Assembly: GCF_006345805.1 (NCBI RefSeq)
Contig: NC_043008.1
Coordinates: 34,534,001-34,598,000 of the forward strand
DNA from: Octopus sinensis
Taxonomy: Eukaryota
Length of the DNA: 64,000 bases
Direction: 5' to 3'
Shown here: piece after piece, positions 37,441 through 49,023 of the stretch
Position numbering within the stretch: position 1 is the first letter of the stretch
Layout: every line of letters begins with the position of its first letter
Translations under genes and position numbers: made by a program
The notes under the pieces: model-generated
Seen by the model: only the letters and a program-made list of their open reading frames with translations
The model's database searches: none
Told to the model about the DNA's origin: nothing

Positions 37441-39902
37441 GCAAGGTTGCATTCTAGCTTAACTCTGTTTGCTTTGTGGTATTTCAGCTGTCTTTACATT
37501 CTGAGTTCAAATTCTGCTGAGGTTGACTTTGCCTTTCATCCTTTTGGGGTCGATAAATTAAGTACCAGTAGCATACTGGGGTTAATCTAATCGACTGGCC
37601 CTTCCCCCCAAATTTCAGGCCTTGTGTATAGAATAGAAAAGAATATGTCCTATGCTTTTGCTAGTTATTTCAGGCTTGCTGACATAGATTCTCTCTCAAC
37701 TCTCCCATACTTGATGCAGCAGAACATCAAGTATTGATGTAGTTATGGTGCTGGTGCCACATAAATTGCATACATTGCACTGTGAAGTGGTTGATAAACA
37801 AACAATGACAATATGTGGTTGAGAGGATCCTTTAATTTTGCTGAGAATATGATAACCTCCCTACAGTACCCTTTTCACTCTGCAAAGTGGTTGACATTTA
37901 GAAAAGGAAATCAAGCCAGAGAAACCGGGTCAAAAATTGAACAGAAGAGTCAGACATGGTTCTCTGGCCTGGCTAGGAAGAGGATAGCAACTCTGTATAA
38001 GAACTGACTCAGATCATGATGACCTGTCCAACCCATACAAGTGTGAAAAGCAGATGTAAAAAATGCAGTAATGATGGTAGTGATAGTCATGAGGTGGAAG
38101 CAGCTCTGGTGGTGGTGGTGGTGGCGGTGGTGGTGGTGTTGGTAGAGGAGGAAGAGGAGTAGGAGGGTAATGAAAATGTTTCTTTTTTTTTTCTATCAAT
38201 CAACCATATAATTTTGTCTGGCTTATTTTATTTATTTGTATAATGAAGTAGACAATAATCTTTGGATTAAATAAATAACAGTTATTTTTCCAAATGATTT
38301 CAAAACAGACTGGAAAGGTTTAGTTTTTCATTATCCACAATAAAAAGTTAAACCTTTTTATTCTGAAATTGTATATTTGCTATTCTATTACAAAACTTAC
38401 TCTTATGCAATAAATGTCTGTTTTTATTACTTGTTGATAAAGTAGGCTTACTCTGTTATTGGTTTCGTGCTTCTGTTTTTCATAACTTTAGTGGACACCA
38501 CTCTGCTGCAAGCATTTGGGTTTGGTCATATGAGGAGGATAACTTTCTCTCTTCCTCTCACCAGTCACAGGTTCCCTGAAATGGGTCAGGAGGTCTGCTC
38601 TTCCTTCTCTTATTGAGAAAGCCACATTGAAAATATTGACTGAAGAAAAAATGATGTTGTTAATTTCTTCTTTCCATGAAGAATTAGATGTAATCTTGTT
38701 TATTATAATTCCATTCATAAAAGTGATAAGCTGGTAAAACTGTTTGCAAGTCAGACAAAATTCTTATCAGTGTTTCTTCCAGCTCTTCATGTTCTGGGTT
38801 CAAATTCTACTGGTTGACTTTGCCTTTCCTCCTTTTGGGGTTGATAAAACAAGTGGTAGTTGAGCACTGATGTCAATGTAATCAACTTACCTCCTCCTTC
38901 AAAATTGCTTGCCTAATGCCAAAAAATCTTAAACAGCTATAATTCCATGCATAAGGTGTTGAGCTGGCAGAATCTTTAGCACATAGGACAAAATGCTTAA
39001 CTGCATTTTTTCAGACTCTTTACATCTTGAGTTCAACTCTGTCTTTCATTCTTTTGTGGGGTTGATAGAATAAGTAGCAGTTGAAAGGGGATTGATGAGA
39101 TCAACTATCCTAAAACTGCTGGCCATATACCAAAATTGTACCATTGCAAACATGGAAAAGTAGATGTTAAAATGTTGATGGTTAACTTCAGTAGGATTTG
39201 AATTCAGAATATAGATGGCCATAACTAAATACTGCAAGTAATTTTGTTTGCCATTCTGGCAGTTCTGGTAATCCACCACCTGAATGTGTCAGGTTTAATT
39301 TATTTGTATAATAAACTCGAAAAAGATCTTTAGATTAAACAAACAACAGCTATTTCCAAAATGGCTCAAAATAGATTTAAAAGGTTTAGCTTTTTCATTA
39401 TCTACACAATAATGAAAAGCTAAACCTTTTACTTCTATTTTGAGTTATTTTGAAAATAGCTGTTATTTGCTTCATTTAAAGAATGATGTCAGGTAGTTGA
39501 TCTGAGATATAAATACTAGACTCACTTTCAAAAACACTCATAATAAAACCTGAGGTAAATTAAAATCTTTTTAAAACAAATTCAAAAGTCAGTATTTTCA
39601 ATGTTATCATGGACACTTAATCATGCAAAATTAATATGTTCATTACTCCATAAAGATAAATGATAGCAGATAAAAAAATTAAAAATTAAATAAGAACTAG
39701 GAAAATGATTTAGGTTGTATTTTCTTTAATGAAAATTTTAATTTGATTCCTTTCCTTCTGAATTATTTTACTGATATTGTATGGATAATGAAAGTCAAAT
39801 CTTTTAATTCTTGTTTTGCTTACTTTGGAAATGGCTGTTATTTATTTAATTTTAAAAATGATGCCAAGTGATTGATTTGTAATACAAGCACAAGGTGTAC
39901 TG

Positions 39903-40126
39903 TTAACCTTTTAGCATTTAAACTGGCCATATCTGGCCAGAATATTCTACCTGTTGTATATTCAAACTGGTCAGATCCAGCCTCTCACACCTTCCCTACA
40001 ATGTCATTCTAAGAATAAACAATCATTTAATTGAAATCTTGAAGCTATGAGATAATGCATAAATAATTCAACACAATGTGAATAAATAAATATTATATTT
40101 GACAGAGTAACCTGAATGCAGGTTAA
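39903..40126. mobile_element. piggyBac-type MITE
   Basis: TTAA at both ends; left end ccttttagcatttaaac; right end shortened. Related ends ...aatgctaaag(a)..ttaa at ~21650 and ~50160. Confidence 0.6.
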
Positions 40127-41086
40127 CAAAAAAAAAGAGCTGACAAGTTAGTCTTTGCATGGTCATTCATGATGCTAGAAATAGCAGCCAAGACTCGCTC
40201 GGATCATATCCCACCATCTTAAAATCAGGACTCACGTTGTAGCTCTAAGACAGTGTTCTTGAAAAAAGATAGAATAGACAATGGATGGAATACTCTTTAT
40301 TGCAGGTCTGCTGGATCAGAGCTGATCTACAACTAGACAACAACAATAACAATTCTAAAATATTCTTAAAGTAGAGTAAATTCAAATAGCTTAAAATCAA
40401 TTCCTCCTCCATCTTCTCTTCCTCTGCTTCATCAACATCACCATCACCATCATCATCATCATCGCTACCCACTAGTACCCACCAATAACTACCACCATCA
40501 CTACTATAACACCACCATCATTTTAACATCTACTTTATCTGTGCTTGCAAGTGTCAGACAAATTTTGGCACAAGGCCAGCAATTTTGGAGAGGTGTAGGT
40601 CAATTACATCAACTCCAGTACTAAGTTGGTACTTATTTTATCCCCCCCCCCACACACACACACACAAAGGATGAAAAGCAAAGTTGACTTCTGTGGAATT
40701 TGAACTCAGAACATAGACAGGCAAAATGCAGCTAAGTATTTTGCTTGTGCTAATGATTCTGCCAGTTTGCCACTTTCAGACAAGAGTATATTAAGGCAGA
40801 GTTTGGTTTGGCAGTATTATTAGAACATTGTATAATATACCTTGTGGTACTTTTTCTAGTTGTTTACACTCTGAGTTCAAACCATGTCAAGGTTGACTTT
40901 CTCTTTCATCTTTTTGGGGTCAACTAATAAAATACACTAGTCTCACATGGTGAATTAATGGAATGAGATGCCTTGCTGTGTATGTTCTGGCTTTTTTTTT
41001 TATTTTATAATCTTATGGCTTATAATCTTATACTGGAGCCATTAGAGCATTGGTGCCATTAGAATGTTCTAATGACAAGAATACTT

Positions 41087-41297
41087 TTCTACTCTAGGCA
41101 CAAGGCCCGAAATTTTTGGGGAAGAGGTCAGTTGATTAGATCGACCCCAGTGTACAACTGGTGCTTAATTTATCGACCCCAAAAGGATGAAAGGTAAAGT
41201 CAATCTCGATGGAATTTGAACTCAGAATGTAAAGACAGATGAAATACTGCTAAGTATTTCGCTTGGTGTGCTAACATTTCTGCCAGCTCGCCACCTT
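41087..41297 (-). mobile_element. SINE family B, 15-bp TSD
   Basis: ATGACAAGAATACTT at 41072-41086 and 41298-41312. Confidence 0.9.
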
Positions 41298-43120
41298 ATG
41301 ACAAGAATACTTGCAATAACAATGGAGCCAAACTGTTTCAGTCATTGCCTCTTCTTGGATGATAAAGGTGCCATAGTGAGTGGGTACTTGCTTGCACTGT
41401 CAGCTTCTGGTCTACCATAAGCCTTTCCTTGGACTATGCCTTGAAAAGAAAGTTTCCAGATGTAGATTGATAGTCTCACAAGACATACAGAGATTGAATA
41501 CATCCTTCCTTCCTTCTTTCCTTTCTTCCTTTCCCCTTTATCACTTTTACCAGAGACCTTATGAAAAGGTCATAATGAGCACTGCACTTCATCCTCAAAG
41601 TCTTTAATAAAAAAAAAGTTGAGATACATTGGATAATGTAATCCTAGATGTTCAAGAGGTGGAATGGTCACAACTGGAATGCCTTTGATTGCTGTTTTCC
41701 TTGATCAGGTTGACTTGGTGTGTGTATGTCCTCTCTGTATTTAGGCCTTGTGCTTGTAATAAAGAATTTACTAAACAAAAACAATAATAACATTAGTGAC
41801 ATCATAACATGGAAAAATTATTTGTTTTTTTTCTTCTTCTTTTATTTTTCTTCTTTATTCAAGAATCCTTCTGGCTCTGTTTCCTTTTATAAAATGTGTA
41901 TGGATGATTAAAAGCCAATCCTTTTAAAATCTATTTTGAGCTATTCGAAAATAGCTTCATTTTAAGAATTATATCAGGTGTTGATCGAAGCTACAAATCC
42001 AAGACACACTTCTAAAAACATTCTGCAAATAAAGTGAAGCAAGTAAAAATATTTTCAAACAAATAAAAATGGAATATTTACTTTTATATATCATTACACT
42101 CTTACATAACAAATATGCTATCAATTACAGGTTAATAAACTGATAGAAAAGAAAAACTGACATAGAAAAATATATTTTGATTTGTGTATCTTTTTTATGC
42201 AAGACTGCCACTGGTTTATTTCCCTTATATATGTGTAGCTAATGAACAAATAAATGTCTTAAATCTATTTTGAGCTATTTTGAAAATAGCTCTTGTTTAT
42301 TTAATTTAAATATTGATGCAAGATAGTTGATGAGCCACAAATACAAGCCATATTTCCAACACTGCCAAAACTTCATATCATCAACACTATTATATCATCA
42401 CACATACTCTTACATATAAGCATGTTTATTATTACAGGTATGAAATATAAAAACCAAAGGGAGAAAAATATATTTGGTTTATGTATTTTTCAATCATGAC
42501 TCTCTCTGACTTATTTTCATTATATACGTGTAGGTAATGAAGAGAAGAAATTTAAAATCTATTTTGAGTTATTCTGAAAATGGTTGTTTTAAATGTTTAT
42601 GTCAAATGGTTGATTTGCAGTACAAATATAAGAGACACTGGCTGACATTTCTAACAGTTTGTCTCTCGACATTTTAGATGTAAGTCACAAATAAACTGGA
42701 ATTTAAAGACATGTGATTTTTAAGAATCAGGAGGTTAAATCCAGTTGTTCCTGTTATTAAAGCAGGCTTTTGACATAGATAAGTTGTTGATTTTAGGAAT
42801 GATTCACATGTATTGAATCCTAGACATATCATGTGTCTTTCTCATGAATGCCTGAAGTAGAGATGGAAGCAGCAGGGGGCAATTGTTTCTTGGCACTCTT
42901 GTCACAAAACTAAGAAGAGCAAATAATATCTTTATTTTGTTTTTAATTTAATAGTGTCTTATTACATTTAAAGTTCCTTCAAATTAACATTGTCTCAATT
43001 ATTTGTTTCATTTTCCTTAGTAGACCATTTTCAAATAATTAAGAAAAAAACCATAATTTGAGTTGAGTTACATGACAATTATTGTTAAGTGCTAATGATT
43101 GTATTTATATCAAGTAAATC

Positions 43121-43200
43121 ATGTAAAAACCACATGTAAAAACCACATGTAAAAAACCACATGTAAAAGAACCACATGTAAAAACCACATGTAAAAAACA
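43121..43200. repeat. 13-bp minisatellite (cacatgtaaaaac) x6
   Basis: Directly visible. Confidence 0.9.
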
Positions 43201-43214
43201 CACTTACATTTGAT

Positions 43215-44100
43215 AGAATCATCATCATCATCATTATCATTATCATTATCCTTTAATGTCCATTTTCCATGCTGGTATGGGTGAGACAGTTTCACCAGAG
43301 CTGGTAAGCTGGAGAACTGTGCCAGGTTCCAGTCTGATTTGGCTTGATTTCTATGGCTGAATGCCCTTCCTAATGTCAACCACTATACAGTGTATGCTGA
43401 GTGCTTTTAACATGATACTGGCACAAGTGCTTTAATGTGACACCAGCAAGAGCACTTTAATGTGGCACCGGCATGAGTTCCTTTTACATGGCACAGCCAC
43501 AGGACTCTTGCAGGCCAATCTTCTTCACCAGGGTATGTGACCTTAATGCTTCTGCTGTGGGGGATGTGTCTTCTTGAGTACAGCAAGGTGCCAGGTATCT
43601 CAGTCCTTTGTCTTATCATCCAAAAGTTTCAGTACTCTGAGGTCATCTTTTAGTACTTGATCCCATGTCTTCCTAGGTCCCCTTCTTCCACATGTTCCAT
43701 CCACTCTGAGAGATCAGCACTTCTTTATGGAGCTGTCAGCATCCATCTACATCACACGACCAAACCAGCACAGTTTACTCTCTTGCATACTGCATCTAAT
43801 TCCTCTTAGGCATACTGCATCTAATTCCTAACTTCTCTCTCACTACGCTAGCACTCTGTCACACATGTACGCTTACATTACAAATCCAGCAGAGCATACT
43901 AGCCTCATTCCTCTCTAACCTTCACATGTCCTCTGCATTCAGGACCCACGTCTCACTACCATGTATGCATGCATCATACAGTCTTCCTTTCACACACAGA
44001 GAAAAAAACCTTTGGTTACCAACAGAAGTAAACGCTCTCTGAATTTTTTCCATTCTATTCTTATTCTAGCTATTACACTCTCCATGCATCCTCCCCAACA
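43215..44100 (-). mobile_element. RTE LINE 3' fragment
   Basis: 43650-44080 aligns with 10500-10900; (CAT)n tail at 43215-43260. Confidence 0.8.
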
Positions 44101-44345
44101 ACTATTTTTGCCCCATTGTGGTAAATTAGTTATCAGGAAGCAGCAAGAATTATCATATATTATCAGTATTTGTTTCATGCCTGTTTTTCTATGCTAGTAT
44201 GGTATAGACTGGAATTGATTTCGAAACAGGATTTTACAGCCAGATGCACACGTCCTGTTGCCAATAATTGCTTGTTTTTAGATGCTGAAATGAAATTGTT
44301 CAAAACAAGAATGTGATGCAAGCATCTACAAATATTGCTGGTTTT

Positions 44346-45700
44346 TACTAGGTTGAGTCAAAATATTTTCATATTCCAAACTTTGATGAATAGATCAAAC
44401 AGCATTACCTATGGAAAGCATTTATTCATCGAAATATATTTTATCATATTCTATTGTCTGTTACTATCATTGTGCAAGAAGCTCAATTTCATGCTTATAC
44501 TATTTGACTGATTTGGAGGCAAAAGTTTCTCATGCCTGTTTTCAATTTCATCCACATTGTTGAATCTCCATCCATGCAGGAAATGAGCCCTGGCTTGGAA
44601 TAGGTGGCAGGATCTGGACAAGATCTGGCGCAAGATCTGGACTATAGGCAGGGCAATACAGTATTTCCTAATTTCTTTATTACCCACTAAACATAGAGGG
44701 GAGAAACAAGGACAGGCAAAGGGATTAAGTCGATTACATCAGCCCAAGTGCATAACTGGTACTTAATTTATCGACCCCGAAAGGATGAAAGGCAAAGCTG
44801 ACCTTGTTGAAATTTGAACTCAGAACGTAAAGACAGACAATATACCACTAAGCATCTCACCCGGCGTGCTAACATTTCTGCCAGTTCGCTGCAATACAGT
44901 ATTTCCAGCCCCAAGTTCTTCAAGTTTGTGCTCAGTCACATTGGCAGGGTGTGCTGAGGCTCTGCCATGCTGTAGGAGTGTGTGTCTTCAACCAATATTG
45001 GGTAGTAGGTTTCTAACGCATATACTTGCTGCAGTTGTTGAACATAAAGGTTAGTGTTTATAGCATAACAACAGCCCCTCAAAATTCCACCAAACACACA
45101 GTATGACTTACTGTTCAAATTGCTCTTGTTTGAAAAGCATTTCTTAAATCTGGCTGAAACAAAGCCACTGACTTCTCTTATTGGGATTACAAAAGTAGGT
45201 CTTTTTCATCCCCAGTTACAGTTACAATGTAAAAAATGGACATCTTGTGAATTTGCAAACAGTTGTTTGCAGATGTTCACATGTTGTTGAGCCTGGTCAT
45301 TGGTCAGTTCATGAGGAGTTTCTTGGCAACATCTGTTCACAAGGCTGAGCTTAATGAGGTGTCGATTGGGGGTGCTTTGTGGATGGCAAAGTTCTGCTAT
45401 CGATGTATGAGTGCTTGGCTGCTGTTCAGCCATTTCAAGCAATGCCTCATCTTCTGTCACAGAAGGTCTCCCTACTTTGGTTTGTCTTCAAGGCCAGTGC
45501 CACCTTCCTTGAAATGTCTGAACCAGTTTTGTGCCACATGGTCATTGATGGTTCCTGGGATTTCTTCATCATTCATTTTTTTTTTTTGCCACAACCCTTG
45601 CACTCCATCCTTTTTTTCTACAAATAGTGTAGAATGGCCCTAATTGCAATTTTCTCACCATTCGTTATCAAAGACTAAACAATTAATGTTTATATGTTAT
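44346..45700 (-). mobile_element. Mariner-type transposon fossil
   Basis: WFRHFKEG..GLEDKP..GRPS, PHELT..Q, TGDEK, VWWNFEG, YSPDLAP and ...YFDE* in broken frames; TA-ctaggttgagtcaaaa terminal sequence at 44346. Confidence 0.8.
44669..44890 (-). mobile_element. SINE family B inserted in the mariner, 16-bp TSD
   Basis: GCAATACAGTATTTCC at 44653-44668 and 44891-44906. Confidence 0.9.
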
Positions 45701-47701
45701 GTATGAAAATAAAGAATAAATAATTAGACAACAAGTTGTATCAAATTAATGACATAAATTGGAGATTCCAGTTGCTAGAAATCCTCAGTGAAACTCTGAT
45801 AAAAGTTTTTACTCAACCTGGTTCAAAGCAAACAACAATTCTGGCATCTTTTTGTGATTCTCATACCCTGAAACTGCAACCAACAACATATATAACTAAC
45901 CAGAAGTGTGATTTCGTTTTACCCTGTTAACATTAATATAAATTTGAGAAGATTATAATATGAATATTTTGATTGCAAACTATATGCTATTTCGTTTTTG
46001 GATTTGGTTTGCAAGATTCTTTATATGAGTTAGTGTGTTGAAGCATATTCTGTTGTGTCTGGGGAGAGTCATTTTCTTAAGCATATGGATATGAAAATAA
46101 ACAGATCAACATACAGACGGATAGGTACATAGGTTATAAGAACAGACAAGCATATGTATGCAAATGACGACTGAAACACATGACCATATATACACACACT
46201 TTACTCCACACAAGGACACATATGGAGACACAGGTCCACATATATAGAGATGCACATCCATACATACAAACATGGTACATAGTTGCAAAACACACACACA
46301 CACATGCACACACCAGGAGACAGAGGTGCATACATATACAAACACATGCTCACACACACACATGCATAGAAAATACACAAACACAGATATGCAAGAACAT
46401 GACTATGCAGAAAACATACATTCAGATGCACATACATACATACATATATACATATGCATACACACACATATATACATACACACATTCATACATACATACA
46501 TACACACATACATATGTACATGCATGCATAGACACACACACACTGACCCACACACATGCGCACAAAGAAAAAGGAACGCAGTGTAAATAATGGACAGAGT
46601 CAAGACTATTGAAAAAGTTGCAAGACGCAATGAAAATTTTAGGAAAATAAAAATAAGAAATAAGTGGAAATTTTACCGGTGAGTGTGTTAAATTATAAGG
46701 TACAAGAAGAAAATGACTCTCTCCAGACACAACAGTACATATTATTTATTTTCTTAGAAAACCAAGGCCTAAATTATTGCAAATAAGATTTTCTTTTCTT
46801 TATTATAAACAACACATGTAGGTATATATATTATACTCTGTGTTATATTTAATCTAAGGTGGTGAGCTAGCATATCATTAGCATTGGACAAAATGCTTAG
46901 CTTTTCTTCTGGCTCTTTATGTCCTGATCTCAAATTTTGGTAAGATCAAATGTGCATTTCATCCTTTTAGGGGTCAATAAAATAAAGTACCAATTGAGCA
47001 CAGGGGTTGGTGTAATCAACTATCTGTGCTTCCCCAAATAATTGTTGGCCTTGCACCAAAATTTGAAACCATTATGAATTATATTTAATATTGCTAATGC
47101 TATTTTATGTATTTATTGCTACAGCTCAATATCTAACTCATTTCTGCACATGCAAATACGTATTACCTTGTAATTAATCACCTAAATGTTACTGGAAGAC
47201 CATTGCAACAGGATTATGCAGCTATTTGTTTAAAAAAGCTGTATAAGCTATTTACTCAGAGAAGTTTGTAGTTGTTACAAACATTTTGCCTAAGAATGTT
47301 TTAAGCTGATCTGAATGCACCGTAGGTATCCCAGTTTCCATGTAAATCATTGATTGAACAGACTAACCTAAACAATGAGAAAATCTCTGTTGTGTCCATA
47401 ATAATTAGGCTAATTGGCAATTATTATAACAAACTGATTTTTAATTGAAATGTTTGTTTATTTGCTGTAGGGCAAAGAACAGTTTGAACATCTATAATTA
47501 ACTAATTTGTAACCAAATTCTTTTGATCAAAGCATTTCTACAGTCACAAGTTTACAAAATGGAGATTAGATTGAATGAGAAGAAAATTTTTCATCAAATA
47601 ATGGATTGATGAGCATGAATAAAGGATATAGTTTTCTATCAGCTTTGTTTTGGTCATTTATTTAGTTGCATTATAGATACAGTAAAATATATATTTATTT
47701 A

Positions 47702-48182
47702 CGTTATGTCACACATTCGGATGACCTCTACTCAACTCCTCTCCTGACGTCTAGACTTCTTCCTTTATATCCTCATATTGGGCTAGCCTACTTCATCGTC
47801 TGGGGGTGTCCACACGACACCTCCCCCTTTTGAGTTTTTTAAACTCGAATTTATCAATTCTATTTCCTCGGTGAGAAACTGGCAAATCTTTTTCTCTTAG
47901 CGTTAATTTCCATCATTTCTGTAGTTGCTGCTGCTGCTGCTCTTGTTGTGTTTTACAACTGCTTTCAGTAACTCTTCCATTTCTGTACTATTCGAAACAT
48001 TGTTGAAACCTTATACCGCAATATTACACACTGGCTGTGTGAGCTACGAAATCCTCATCACCACTGTTATGTCACATGTTCGGATGACCTCTACTCAACT
48101 CCTCTCCTGACATCTAGACTTCTCCCTCTATATCTACGTATTAGACTAGCCTACTTCATCATCTGGGGGCGTACACACAGCA
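47702..48182 (-). mobile_element. Miniature LTR retrotransposon (TRIM-like)
   Basis: 118-bp direct repeats at 47702-47819 and 48065-48182 (TG...CA, left T mutated to C); TSD ATTTA on both sides; minus-strand PBS TGGTGATGAGGAT and PPT AAGGGGGAGG. Confidence 0.9.
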
Positions 48183-48595
48183 ATTTATATTTTTGATTTG
48201 ATAATCATGTACTGAATTTTATATAGAAGATTGATATTTCCCCACTTACCTACGATAAAACTGCAGATAAATTTAAATAAGTGGGTACAAGGTATGGAGA
48301 GGCTTAGAGATCAGGAAAATGGTGCACATCTGTCTAAATTGAATACAGAACAAAAAATACACAGAGTGTTATTCTTTGAAACTCAGTGATCACAAAGAAG
48401 TAAAATCACTTTGATGACATCTATATGCAATGAAATCATTACTATAACAATGCATGGCAGCTAGGGGAAGCAATGTGTTCTCAAAAATATAGAAGTGATC
48501 AACATTCTCAAATATATACCATTTAAATTTTGATAAAACCAGGACATATGAAAGTTTAGGCCAGCTGTTAATGGAGTTTTATAAGTATTTTTTAT

Positions 48596-49023
48596 AGGTA
48601 TAGGAGTGGCTGTGTGGTAAGTAGCTTGCTCACCAACCACATGGTTCCGGGTTCAGTCCTACTGCGTGGCACCTTGGACAAGTGTCTGCTACTATAGCCT
48701 CAGGCCGGCCAAAGCCTTGTGAGTGGATTTGGTAGACGGAAACTGAAAGAAGCCCGTCATATATATGTATGTATGCATATATATATATATATATATATAG
48801 TGTGTATATGTTTGTGTGTCTGTGTTTGTCCCCCCCCCCACATCGCTTGATAACCGATGCTGGTGTGTTTAGGTCCCCGTAACTTAGTGGTTTGGCAAAA
48901 GAGACTGAGAAAATAAGTACTAGGCTTACAAAGAATAAGTCCTGGGGTCGATTTGCTCAACTAAAGGCGGTGCTCCAGCATGGCCACAGTCAAATGACTG
49001 AAACAAGTAAAAGAGTAAAAGAG
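48596..49023 (+). mobile_element. SINE family A, full length
   Basis: A/B boxes and 3' end gaaacaagtaaaagagtaaaagag. Confidence 0.92.

Larger units (their letters stand above)
38220..42700. repeat. Decayed AT-rich ~300-375-bp satellite-like units, interrupted by TEs
   Basis: Motif tctattttgag(c/t)tatt(t/c)(t/g)gaaaa at 39434, 41930, 42264 and 42558, more degenerate near 39810; 38220-38360 resembles 39290-39430. Confidence 0.6.

Noticed and set aside
38562-38730. Minus-strand candidate exon (LITFMNG...FREPVT, donor gtgaga)
   Set aside because: The acceptor lies in the antisense of a degenerate SINE head; no recognisable protein or linked exons. RNA-seq would settle it.
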